In this document: piece after piece, positions 34,222 through 44,013 of the stretch
Position numbering within the stretch: the first letter of the stretch is position 1
Layout: every line of letters begins with the position of its first letter
NCBI GenBank assembly: GCA_963804995.1
Contig: CAWDSK010000003.1
Location: 1,536,001-1,600,000, forward strand
DNA: 64,000 nucleotides
Source: an uncultured Acidobacteriota bacterium
GTDB taxonomy: Bacteria > Acidobacteriota > Terriglobia > UBA7540
Direction of reading: 5' to 3'
The notes under the pieces: generated by a model
The model's database searches: none
Told to the model about the DNA's origin: nothing
Seen by the model: only the letters and a program-made list of their open reading frames with translations
Translations under genes and position numbers: made by a program

Positions 34222-35004
34222 CTAATCCATCGGATAGAGGCTGCAGCCGCCATCTGCCAGCAGTGTTGTGCCGGTCATATAGTCCGAGGCGGATGAGCAC
34301 AAGAAGATGAAAGCGTCCGCCACCGATTCCGGGGGCTGCATGAAACCGAGCGGAATCGCCTTCTCCGCGCGACGGCGATAATCGGGTTCGGTGTCCCATT
34401 GCCGCTTGGCCATGCCGACTCCGACAATGCCGGGCGCAATGGAATTAACGCGAATTCCCTTCCCGGCCAATTCTCGCGCCATGCCGCGCATCAGCATCTT
34501 CATGCCGCTCTTACTGACGTTGTAAGGAGTGATGTCAGGCCACGGCGTATCCTGCACCCATGACGAGGTGAAAATAATCTTGCCCTTGATTTCCTTCGCC
34601 ACCATGGAGCGGGCCGCGGCTTGGGCAACCAAGAAGGCACTCCTCAGATTTACCCGCAGGATGCGATCCCAATCCTCAACCGCATAATCGAGAATCGGCC
34701 CGGACTGGGCCATGCCAGCGTGGCAGAGCGCGATATCCACGCGGCCGAAGGATTCTACTGTCTTCTCGATTAGCGACCGCGCGCCCTCGGCGGTCGTCAC
34801 GTCCGCCTGGAAATAAACGCACCGTTCGGCGGGACAGCCGGCGGCTTGCATCCACTGGTGCGCTTCCTTCTCCGGCACCACGTCGTTGATTACCACGCGC
34901 GCCGCGTGGGCAAGCAGTCTCTCGACGACGACTTTGCCTATCGCGCCCAGACCTCCGGTTATAAGGATGGCCTTGCCCTCGAGACAATCCTCGGCGAATG
35001 CCAT
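34222..35004 (-). CDS. SDR oxidoreductase
   Basis: TGGLGAIG, YNVSK, VNSIAPG, YMTGTTLLADGG. Confidence 0.92.
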   Translation of the reverse strand: MAFAEDCLEGKAILITGGLGAIGKVVVERLLAHAARVVINDVVPEKEAHQWMQAAGCPAERCVYFQADVTTAEGARSLIEKTVESFGRVDIALCHAGMAQSGPILDYAVEDWDRILRVNLRSAFLVAQAAARSMVAKEIKGKIIFTSSWVQDTPWPDITPYNVSKSGMKMLMRGMARELAGKGIRVNSIAPGIVGVGMAKRQWDTEPDYRRRAEKAIPLGFMQPPESVADAFIFLCSSASDYMTGTTLLADGGCSLYPMD

Positions 35005-35167
35005 GGTTCTCCCTCGTTACCCGGGATCAGATTGAACGCAAGAAGAGTGATTATAAACCCAAATCCCATTTCGCCAAACGACGCCTGAGCCCCGCACGAA
35101 TGCAGCTTTACTTTCCCGACTTTCTCTGATATTTGGCTGCTGACAGTAATGCGGGGTGGGCGGAACC

Positions 35168-35302
35168 ATGAAAATCACAGACACTAAAACCATCGTCGTT
35201 AACGCGCAAATGCGCAATTGGGTATTCGTCAAGGTGGAAACCAACGTCCCGGGACTCTACGGTTGGGTATTCCACGCGGATGGGTCGGTGGCGGAATGGT
35301 GA
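35168..35302 (+). pseudogene. dgoD: Internally deleted galactonate-dehydratase-like remnant (44 aa)
   Basis: MKITDTKTIVVNAQMRNWVFVKVETNVPGLYGW fused in frame to VFHADGSVAEW-stop, resembling the DgoD N- and C-termini. Confidence 0.65.
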
Positions 35303-36326
35303 ACAATCAATTCTGGTTGGGAATGGCAATAATTCTCGGAAGTGGGCTTCTGAACGGTGGGTTCGCCCTACCCATGAAATACTGCCGGAGCTGGAAGTGG
35401 GAGAACACGTGGCTCGTCTTCTCACTGGTGGGGATACTCCTGGTTCCCTGGACGCTGGCTTTTGGCCTCGTGCCGGGGCTCACACACGTTTACGCGAGTG
35501 TAACCCTGCGCGCGCTGCTGCTGCCCATGCTCTTCGGCCTGCTTTGGGGATTTGCCCAGGTAACCTTCGGAATCAGTTTGAGACTGGTCGGTGTAGCCTT
35601 GACCATTGCCGTCGTTTCCGGTCTCGCCAGCCTGTCCGGATCACTCGTGCCGCTGCTGGCATTTCATCCCGAGGACCTGTTCCGCCCGCGCGGGCTCCTG
35701 TTGTTACTCAGCATCCCCTTTCTGATTGTGGGCCTGATTCTCTATGCTTACGCCGGTCGCGCACGGGAGAAGGAGCAGGCGACGCCTGATACCGAGTCAT
35801 CACCGCGGAAGAGTGGTTTTTCGACCGGAATGGCCTTGTGCATTTTCACCGGAGTCTTCGGCTCGTGTTACAACCTGGGATTCGCATTTGGCGGTGAGGT
35901 GATTCGCTGAGCCTAAGACAGGGCGCCGGACCGTTAACCTCCACCTATGCGATATGGGCCCTGGTGCTGGGGGCGGGCAGCATTCCGAACCTGGTCTACT
36001 GTGTGTACCTGCTAGTAAAGAATCGCACGATGAACCTGTTCGCTCAGAGCGGCTGGCCCCGGGAAGCCGTCTTCGCCTTGGCGATGGCATTTGCCTGGGT
36101 CACGGCAGTGCTGAGTTACGGTATCGGAGCCACCTTTATCGGTTCCTACGGGACGTCGATCGGTTACATGCTGTTCACCGCCGGAAGCATCCTCTTCGCC
36201 AATGCTTTCGGATGGCTGACCGGAGAGTGGAAGGGAACGAGCACCCCAACCCGCAGGCTTTTGCTTGCGGCCATTGCCTTCATCCTGCTTGCCGTAATCG
36301 TTCTGAACCTCGGCGGTTTGATCTGA
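35296..36326 (+). CDS. rhaT: RhaT-family sugar:H+ symporter; frameshift near 35907
   Basis: PMKYCRSWKWENTWLVF, GSLVPL; the second half (NLVYC...GWLTGEWKG) is in another frame. Confidence 0.78.
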
Positions 36327-36440
36327 GCACGACGAAAGTAGCGGCTGGTGTGGTGTTTGGAAAACGCGCTTACTTTCGCGCAGACCTTAAGCGCAGGGCC
36401 CCTGAGGCGAGTACAATAGAGGAGATTTTGAGGTCCTCCC

Positions 36441-37903
36441 GTGAACCAGGAACTGCGTTCCCGAGTGTTGAGGTGGGTCCGCGTGCTCGCCGCACTCGGG
36501 CTGATCGGCGCCATCACACTTTTCTATTTTCGGATTGTCAACGTCAACAGCGTGACGGTGGCTCTAACTTTCCTTCTCGTGGTGCTGGGGGTTGCCACGC
36601 GCTGGGGTTTGCTGGAGGCGATTGCCGCGTCGATCGCCGGCATGCTTTGTTTCAACTACTTCTTTCTCCCGCCCATTGGAACGCTGACGATTGCCGATCC
36701 GCAGAACTGGATCGCCCTTTTCGCCTTCGTAGTGACGGCGGTAATCGCCAGCCATCTTTCCTCGAGTGCAAAAAACAATCGCTCGAGTCAGCCCGCCGCC
36801 AGCACGAGATGGAGCAACTTTACACCTTGAGCCGTAATCTGCTGCTCCTGGATACACGCGGCCCTCTTGCCCAACTGATTCCCAACCAGGTCGCGCAGGT
36901 TTTTAATTTGCAGGGTGTCGCGTACTTTGACCGTGCCAGTGACCGTATTTACCGCGCCGGGCCGCAGGACATTCCTGTGGAAGACAGCAAGCTGCGCGAC
37001 GCCGCATTACAAGGCACCGTTTTCCACGACCCCACGGCGCATACCACCGTGATGCCGATCAACCTGGGAGGCCCCCCCATTGGCAGCTTGGGAGTTCAGG
37101 GAACCACCGTATCCGAGACCGCTCTGCACTCCATCTCCAACCTCGCGGCCATCACTCTGGAGCGCGCCCATGCGCAGGATGTGGCCATGCGCGCCGAAGC
37201 CGCCCGGCAAAGCGAGGAGTTGAAATCCACGATGCTCGATGCCTTGGCGCACGAGTTCAAGACACCTCTCACCCCCATCAAGGCCGCCGTAACCTCCATG
37301 CTGGCTGACGGCGGCACCAGCCCGACGCATCAGGAACTCCTCCGCATTGTGGACGAGGAAACCGACCACCTGAACACCATGCTGACCGAGGCCATCCAAA
37401 TATCCCGCATCGAGGCGGGCCAACTCCATTTGCATCAAAGCCCCCATTCCCTCAGCGAAGTGGTTCGCGCTCAACTAGACAGGCTGGCAGGGACCCTGGA
37501 AGGGCGGGAAGTGGTCGTGGACGTTCCGGAAGATCTGCCCCGGGTGAGCGTTGACCCGGAGTTCATCGGAATCGTGATCTCGCAGTTGTTGAACAATGCC
37601 GTCCGCTACACCCCGCCGGGCAGTCCCCTCGCGATTCGCGCCCGGGCCGAAGAAGGCGGGCTGGTGATCAGCATCGAGGACCACGGGCAGGGGATTTCCG
37701 AACCGGAGCAGCAACGTGTTTTCGAGAAGTTTTTCAGGGGCAAGGAACATCGGGAGCGGATACCCGGCACGGGCGTGGGTCTCACCATCGCGAGAGAGAT
37801 TGTGCATGCTCACGGCGGAAAACTCTGGGTGGAAAGCCAGCCCGGCAAAGGCGCCAAGTTTTCATTTTCTGTCCCCTATGCTGTCAAGGAGTTGGCACAG
37901 TGA
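36441..37903 (+). CDS. kdpD: KdpD-like sensor kinase (DUF4118 TM-GAF-HisKA-HATPase); missing A in run 36770-36775
   Basis: NYFFLPPIGTLTIADPQNWIAL, AHEFKTPL, NAVRY, DHGQGI, GTGVGL. Confidence 0.82.
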
Positions 37904-38601
37904 ATCATGCCAGGATCCTGGTCGTCGATGATGAGCCGCAGATTCGCCGCGTGATGCGAACCACTCTGGTGGGCCGCGGCTACGTGGTCAGCGATGCCCG
38001 AAGCGGTGAAGAGGCGCTGGAGAAACTCCGCGACGAGCGCTTTGACCTGGTGCTTCTCGATATGAACATGCCGGGTATGGGTGGAATGGAGGCGTGCCGC
38101 GTCATCCGTTCCCAAAGCGACATCCCCATTGTGATCCTCTCCATTCGCAATGCGGAGAAGGACAAAGTTGAAGTCCTGGATGCCGGAGCGGATGACTACA
38201 TCACCAAACCTTTCAGCACGCCGGAACTACTGGCGCGCATTCGTGCCGCCCTGCGGCGAGCGCCCCTCTCCAATCCCGCTCTCCCGGAGGTGCTCGACCT
38301 CGGCCGCACCATGATCAATTTTTCCGCCCGCCGAGTCACCGTGGATGGCAAGGAAGTGCGCTTGACCCCCAAGGAATTTGACCTCCTCCGTTACCTGGCC
38401 GGCAATCCGGAGGTGGCGATTCCCCATGCCAAACTTCTGCAAGCCGTGTGGGGACCTGACTACGGGGAGGAAGTTGAGTATCTGCGCGTCTTCGTCAATC
38501 AGCTTCGCAAGAAGATCGAGCCCGACCCTTCCCATCCCGAATATCTCCTGACCGAACCCTGGGTCGGTTACCGGTTCAGTCTCCCCAAAAAGCCAGCGTA
38601 G
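37900..38601 (+). CDS. kdpE: KdpE-like response regulator
   Basis: VDDEPQI, GADDYITKPF, YLRVFVNQLRKKIE, LTEPWVGY; GTG start overlaps the kinase stop. Confidence 0.88.
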   Translation: MNHARILVVDDEPQIRRVMRTTLVGRGYVVSDARSGEEALEKLRDERFDLVLLDMNMPGMGGMEACRVIRSQSDIPIVILSIRNAEKDKVEVLDAGADDYITKPFSTPELLARIRAALRRAPLSNPALPEVLDLGRTMINFSARRVTVDGKEVRLTPKEFDLLRYLAGNPEVAIPHAKLLQAVWGPDYGEEVEYLRVFVNQLRKKIEPDPSHPEYLLTEPWVGYRFSLPKKPA

Positions 38602-38614
38602 CGCGAATTGATTT

Positions 38615-38740
38615 GTAGCGCGGTCCCCCGCTTTTGGGGTCCGCGGTTCTTCGTTCGGAAAACCCAAAACCCAGCCGCTTCCTGCCTACGATACTCTCGC
38701 TCAATTGGCTGGCGCAGACCCCCGCACGGGGGGGCCGGCG
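38615..38740. repeat. REP family B copy
   Basis: GTAGCGCGGTCCCCCG...GGGGTCCGCGGTTCTTCGTT...CGCTCAATTGGC, colinear with 11343-11493. Confidence 0.85.
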
Positions 38741-38749
38741 CCGCTGTCG

Positions 38750-39553
38750 TCAACGGGTGTATTCGACGCCATAGAACCGCCCCATGGTCCCATCGGCGCT
38801 CCACACGATTCTTCCCCTGGTTTCCACGGGGGTTTGGCCAGGGGCGTAAGGCAAGGTGATGTAAACGTCGTCGGTCATCGCAAAACGCTGGGTGCTGATA
38901 AAGCAGAGTCCGGACTTGGAGACGTTGCGGGTCTGGGCGATGTCCACGATTCCCGAATTGTTGCGGACCCGCAGTTGCATGGTAAGCTTCAAACGGCGGA
39001 CCCGCCGCTGGTCCGGGGCGCCCGGGGACAGAGCTTTGAGCGAGCGGCCCAGGATTTCCGGGGTGACGATCTGATCGCTGGGTTTCCAGCGCGTGGTCTC
39101 GTCGCAGCGCTCGCAATGGCGGGAGATGAGGCCCGTGGCCAGCAGCACGCCGTACTCAATGCTGGAGAGGGTGGTCTGCACCGCCGTCTTGCAGGCCGCA
39201 CATTCAATCAGCACTTTGGGTTGTGCGCTGTCAACATTCGACGCGAACTCCACGCCCCAGATGTCGTTCTCGGGATTGGCCGCCTCCACCCCCCACTCGC
39301 GCCGGCTGCCAAAAACCTGCTGGAGGGCGCCCACCACGCGGAATTCTTCTTCCAGCCCGTTTTCGAGGTTTCTGACCAACACGATGTCATCCGGCAGCAG
39401 GGAATTCGTCAGGCTGATACGCGCGCCTTGTTGATTGAAGCTAACCGTTACCGTCTCCTCGGCAAAAGACACACCATCCTTGTCGTTCCCAATCACGCGG
39501 ATGCGTACGGGAGCCAGTATACGTTCCGACCGGCGACGCTTCAGGAAGTCCAT
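38750..39553 (-). CDS. Double PilZ-like protein with a central CxxC...CxxC linker
   Basis: RRSER and RRVRR motifs, NVSKSG; CAAC and CERC between the domains. Confidence 0.75.
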   Translation of the reverse strand: MDFLKRRRSERILAPVRIRVIGNDKDGVSFAEETVTVSFNQQGARISLTNSLLPDDIVLVRNLENGLEEEFRVVGALQQVFGSRREWGVEAANPENDIWGVEFASNVDSAQPKVLIECAACKTAVQTTLSSIEYGVLLATGLISRHCERCDETTRWKPSDQIVTPEILGRSLKALSPGAPDQRRVRRLKLTMQLRVRNNSGIVDIAQTRNVSKSGLCFISTQRFAMTDDVYITLPYAPGQTPVETRGRIVWSADGTMGRFYGVEYTR

Positions 39554-39770
39554 GAGCCTGTGTGTTAAAAAAGGGGTTACTTCAATCTTCAGCGGTCATC
39601 ACCACGCTGAGATTAACTAGGTGGATATAAACGCGAGACCAAGCTTCACCCAGCCCCCCACTTACTAATCGATAGCTGAAAAATACCTTAAGCCTGGGAT
39701 GCTGTCAACCATACTGGGCGTACGCCCAGGAGGCATGGGCGCGGCCAGGGCAGGCCGGCAAACCCTAGCT

Positions 39771-39920
39771 GTAGCACAGCCACTCCTGGCTGTGTCGTTA
39801 GGCTCGAACCCCGAGTCGCCTTCACAGGCAGGAACCCTGAGGCTGTAGCACAGCCACTCCTGGCTGTGTCGTTGGGCTCGAACCTCGAGCCTCGTTCACA
39901 GGCAGGAGTGCCTGTGCTAC
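39771..39920. repeat. REP family E (GTAGCACAGCCACTCCTGGCTGTG), tandem REPIN-like pair
   Basis: Identical arms at 39771 and 39845, closed by CACAGGCAGGAGTGCCTGTGCTAC. Confidence 0.85.
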
Positions 39921-40019
39921 CGTAAGGGATCGTCCGGTCGGGAACGAAAGCCCTTTTGGGTTTTGAATAAGTGTTAGTCAGCAATATCGGGCATGGGCGG
40001 GGACATGACCCGCTTCATT

Positions 40020-40427
40020 TCAGGATGCGGCGCTGGAACCTTGCTTACCTTTGGGTTTCGCCTTGGCAGATCCGGAAGCCCCTGGGGATTGCTTCAGCAG
40101 AGCCAGGGCGGCGGCTTCCGTGGCGGCAATCTCAAAGAACTGGGTCAGGTTCACGTCATCCAGAATTTTCCGAACGTGCTCATTCAGGTTGGCGAGAACA
40201 ATCTGCCCGCGAGCATTCTGCACGGTGACGCGCGCCCCGGCCAGGAAACCGAGGCCCGTGGAATCGATGTAGGGCACGTCGGCGAAATCCACGATCAACT
40301 TGTTCTTCCCGGCGTCCACCAGGTCCTTGACCTTCTGGCGAAGGTAAGGGCCGTCACTGCCCGCCAGGAATTTCCCACCGAGACTCAATACCGCCGCATC
40401 CTCGTTCGAACGCACCGTGATTGTCAC
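40020..40427 (-). CDS. STAS-domain anti-sigma-factor antagonist
   Basis: VDFADVPYIDSTGLG; GTG start after GAGGT. Confidence 0.88.
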   Translation of the reverse strand: MTITVRSNEDAAVLSLGGKFLAGSDGPYLRQKVKDLVDAGKNKLIVDFADVPYIDSTGLGFLAGARVTVQNARGQIVLANLNEHVRKILDDVNLTQFFEIAATEAAALALLKQSPGASGSAKAKPKGKQGSSAAS

Positions 40428-40624
40428 CGTTTCACCTCGTCGCTCGGGACCGCTGTCCATTTCCGCGTCGTGCCCGCCGGCTGGCGCCGGAAGCCAGGCA
40501 CTTATGGAAACGAATTTGGCGGCTAATCTGTCATGCTACGGGAGGTAAGGAAGTTATGTCAAGTGCCTCAACGCGAATCGGGATTAAGGAGAAAAAAGGC
40601 GAGACGTTGCCTGCCGGGGAGGGA

Positions 40625-41158
40625 TCAGGCAGCCTGCTCGGGGCGGGATTTGCTGTTGGCAATTACCAGTTTCATTTCACATTCTTCACCAAAACTGCTG
40701 GTCACCAGAAACCCAACGCGCCGGTATACCCGCAGGGCGGCAAGGTTCGAGAGCTCGGTGGTGAGGAATACCTCTGCGAAACCGCACTGCTCAGAAAAGG
40801 CCACGGACAGGCGGGTCAGCGCCGTGCCCAATCCCATGCAACGGTAGTCCTGATGCACGAAGATGGTGAACTCCACGGCGGCATCGGAGATCGGACACAA
40901 GATGGCATGGGCCGCCACGCGCTCGCCCTCCCAGGCCAGCAAAGCCCGCGACTTCTGCTGCAAGCGGTCGAGCCACAGTGCGATGCGGGGAACATCCGGC
41001 GGCGGAAGCCCCTGCGCCACACGTTTCGGCTCAAACCACTTGTACATCTCGGCCAGGGGGCGGAAATCCTGCAACGTGTATTCCCGAACCTGGAGGGCCT
41101 TCCCGGTTCGGGTTTGAATGTCGACTGGCGTAAATGTGGGGTCTTGGAGCGACGTCAT
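40625..41158 (-). CDS. GNAT acetyltransferase
   Basis: VHQDYRCMGLG, NLAALRVYRRVGF. Confidence 0.88.
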   Translation of the reverse strand: MTSLQDPTFTPVDIQTRTGKALQVREYTLQDFRPLAEMYKWFEPKRVAQGLPPPDVPRIALWLDRLQQKSRALLAWEGERVAAHAILCPISDAAVEFTIFVHQDYRCMGLGTALTRLSVAFSEQCGFAEVFLTTELSNLAALRVYRRVGFLVTSSFGEECEMKLVIANSKSRPEQAA

Positions 41159-41457
41159 AGATATTCGGTGGATATGGGGCACGAAAGTTGCCAAACCGGG
41201 GAGCAACCTGGCGACTTGGCAAAAAGTAGGTCTAGTGACAATACGTCACTTAGGGCTCTGTCCCAGGGCAACTGGGACTCCAGGTTTCCCTCCTTTTCAT
41301 TTTCCATTTTCGATTGAGTGAAATCTCGCAGTCCCACTTGAAGCCCGGCGAGGCCCTACGCGGCCGTTGTCCCACGTGAAAAGCCCGTTGTAAGGTGAAC
41401 TTTGGCCGAATGCCGCAAATTCAATCCATCATGATTGCCGGTATGTTGAAAAATCCG

Positions 41458-42234
41458 CTACAGGGCTAAAGGCAGGGAATTATCAGGCGACTGCACGTGG
41501 CGGAGAAAAGCCTCGGCAAAACGGCAGCCGCATTCGTGACCCCGGAAGCGATTCATCTCGTCGTGATAGCGGTACATCTCATCCGGATTTTGGCTGGCGT
41601 GAGCAAAGCAGGCTTCCCGCTTGCGCGCTTCCGTGGCCGTAATATCAACATAGTGGGTGGGCCAGAAATGCGATGTCTGCGCACCGGACATGACCTCGTA
41701 GAAATAGAGGGCGAACTTCTTCCCATCGTGCAGCCACGCGTCATAGACCATCATCGACGTAGCGCGATGATCTTCGTGCGAATCAATGGGCCATTGGGTA
41801 TAGACCAGGTCCGGTTTCTCAGCCTCCAGAATCTTGCGGAACTCGTCGTAGCGGGCGTAGGTCACCTCAACCCTGCCATTCACCTGCCCGGCAAACACGG
41901 GGCGTGCCTTCAGGATTTCGCAGGCCTTCTCAGCCTCCGCGGTTCGAATCTTCCCCGCCTCGTCGTAGGACTTCCCTTTGATCCCGCGTTCGCCTCGGGT
42001 GAGATAGAGCACCACGACCTCGTGCCCCAAATCGCTGTAGCGCGCGATGGTGCCGCCGCAACCGGTCTCAGGGTCATCGGGATGCGCCCCCGACACCACG
42101 ACTTTCAGCTTGCGTGCGGACTGGACGCCGCCTGCTTGGGGAGCTTCGGCGGCTCCGAGCAACGGCAATCCAACTGCAGCCGCGCCCGCCCCTGCCGCCT
42201 GATTCAACAATTCGCGGCGCGTAAGTTCTTTCAT
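41458..42234 (-). CDS. PIG-L family deacetylase, Tat signal
   Basis: TRRELL, AHPDDPE, LTRGE, HEDH. Confidence 0.9.
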   Translation of the reverse strand: MKELTRRELLNQAAGAGAAAVGLPLLGAAEAPQAGGVQSARKLKVVVSGAHPDDPETGCGGTIARYSDLGHEVVVLYLTRGERGIKGKSYDEAGKIRTAEAEKACEILKARPVFAGQVNGRVEVTYARYDEFRKILEAEKPDLVYTQWPIDSHEDHRATSMMVYDAWLHDGKKFALYFYEVMSGAQTSHFWPTHYVDITATEARKREACFAHASQNPDEMYRYHDEMNRFRGHECGCRFAEAFLRHVQSPDNSLPLAL

Positions 42235-42385
42235 AATCGTCTACCCCCGATTGGGACGAATAACGGAAAACTGACCTTTACTTCTTTCGGCCGTTCCCTC
42301 CCACAAAACCAGAGGCGCGGTGGCGTCAAATCGCCTTTGCATCATCAGCGCTTCTTCAGGCCTTTAAACCGCCAGCGCCCCGGCC

Positions 42386-43099
42386 TCACATGCGAGCTTC
42401 AACCTGATTGACCACCGCCTTCAGGGCCTTGATGCGCGCCCACCATTTCCAGTTCCCCTCTATGATGGTCCAAGGAGCGCATTCGGTGTCGGTCTTGTCG
42501 AACATCTCTTCCAGGGCTTCGATGTAATCATCCCACTTTTCTCTGTTGCGCCAGTCTTCCTCGGTTAGTTTCCAATTCTTCCAGGGATCCTTCTCGCGCT
42601 TCTTGAAGCGGTCGAGCTGCTCTTTTTTGGAGATGTGAATCCAGAACTTAACCAGAATCAGGCCGTCGTCGGCCAAGGTGCGCTCAAATTCGTTGATCTC
42701 GCGGTAGGCGCGCTGCCATTCCTCTTTTTTCGCAAACTTTTCGACACGCTCCACCAGCACGCGCCCGTACCAGGTGCGGTCGAAGATGCCGATGCGGCCG
42801 CGGGGTGGCAGGCGCAACCAGAAGCGCCGCAGCCAATGGTGTGCCTTCTCCGCCGGACTGGGCGCAGCGATCGGATGCACCTCGTAGCCCCGGGGATCAA
42901 GGGCTTCGGTCAGCCGCTTGATGTTCCCCCCCTTGCCCGCCGCGTCGCAACCTTCATAGGTGATGGCCACCGCCACTCCCTTTTCGATGATCTTGCGCTG
43001 CAACTTCAGAAGCTTGAACTGATACTCTTCCAGCAGCTCTTCGTATTCGTCCTTTGATTCCAGTTTCTTGTCGAGATCGAGCTTGTCAAGGTATCCCAT
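42386..43099 (-). CDS. ppk2: Polyphosphate kinase 2 family
   Basis: EGCDAAGKGG, LDPRG, FDRTWYGRVLVERV, WKLTEEDWRNR. Confidence 0.92.
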   Translation of the reverse strand: MGYLDKLDLDKKLESKDEYEELLEEYQFKLLKLQRKIIEKGVAVAITYEGCDAAGKGGNIKRLTEALDPRGYEVHPIAAPSPAEKAHHWLRRFWLRLPPRGRIGIFDRTWYGRVLVERVEKFAKKEEWQRAYREINEFERTLADDGLILVKFWIHISKKEQLDRFKKREKDPWKNWKLTEEDWRNREKWDDYIEALEEMFDKTDTECAPWTIIEGNWKWWARIKALKAVVNQVEARM

Positions 43100-43247
43100 G
43101 GATTAACCTCCTGAAGGTTCGGGCGCGGGGCACAAACCCAAGTCCAGGCCCACGCCGCGCGCAGTCATTGGCGTGCCGCAATCAACAATCGAAGCCATCG
43201 AATCGTCTGGGGGCGGATTCTACCAGAAGGCTTGGCCGCGCCGCAAA

Positions 43248-43310
43248 GGGATTTGGGATTCGGGGTTAGGGGTTTGGGATTTGGGATTCGGGGTTTGGGA
43301 TTTGGGAGCG
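43248..43310 (+). repeat. Heptamer tandem repeat (GGGRTTH)x8 plus one degenerate unit
   Basis: gggattt gggattc ggggtta ggggttt gggattt gggattc ggggttt gggattt gggagcg. Confidence 0.9.
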
Positions 43311-43327
43311 GGTGAGTAGCCACGGGG

Positions 43328-43408
43328 TCGCCGCTGATGTACGTGGCCGTGGCGGTGTGCTTTCTTGCCGTGACGCTCATGGCAGCCTACTTGCCCGCCC
43401 GGCGCGGC
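43328..43408 (+). pseudogene. C-terminal remnant of an ADOP-type ABC permease
   Basis: Reads SPLMYVAVAVCFLAVTLMAAYLPARRG, resembling the C-terminus of the 25367-27811 permease. Confidence 0.55.
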
Positions 43409-43497
43409 AAGTGCCTGCGCTGCTGGAAGAACCGCCCGATGAATCGGGGCGGTACAACGTGGTAGAATGCCCGCATTCCCGCTTTCGGGAGGTGCCG

Positions 43498-44004
43498 ATG
43501 CGGCCCCGATTATTTCTCCTCATCCTCGTCATACCCATGATCCTGACGCTGCCCCTGCGGGCGCAACAGAAACCTGTAGCGCCGACCTTGAGGTCGGCAC
43601 GTGTCTGTAGCGGCGCTCTACGAGCGCCGACGGCGGTCATAGACCGCCGCTACAACAATCGAAGTGCTGACCTACAGGTCAGCTCTACGTCTTATGCTGA
43701 GCTCAAAATCAGCGCTACGACAGCGATCGGAACCAGTCCCGGCATCGCCGGGAGCCCGGCAAAGCCCTTTACGCGTGAACAGGTCGAAGGCCTGGTGCGG
43801 GACGGTTTGGGAGATGATTCGGGAGCGAAGCTGACCCGAACCCTCGGACGCAGCGAACCGAAAAAAGTGCGCCGGAACCCCTCGGCGGGTGTATGGTGTG
43901 GGGCTGTTGGAAACCAGAATGATAAGAGGGCTGCCGGGTCTATGTGGCCCAGTTCACAGCAAGCACGCGCCCATTCTGTTAGGCTGCGCACAGCGAGTGT
44001 GTAA
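43498..44004 (+). pseudogene. Secreted-protein gene with an in-frame REP cluster; probably truncated
   Basis: GGAGGT RBS, signal peptide, REP cluster 43576-43718, then KPFTREQVEGLVRDGLG, then non-protein-like sequence. Confidence 0.5.
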
Positions 44005-44013
44005 GGGGGGAAT

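Noticed and set aside
35954..36770. N-terminal part of the 649-aa kinase ORF
   Set aside because: Out-of-frame read-through across rhaT; the real N-terminus starts at 36441 in another frame.
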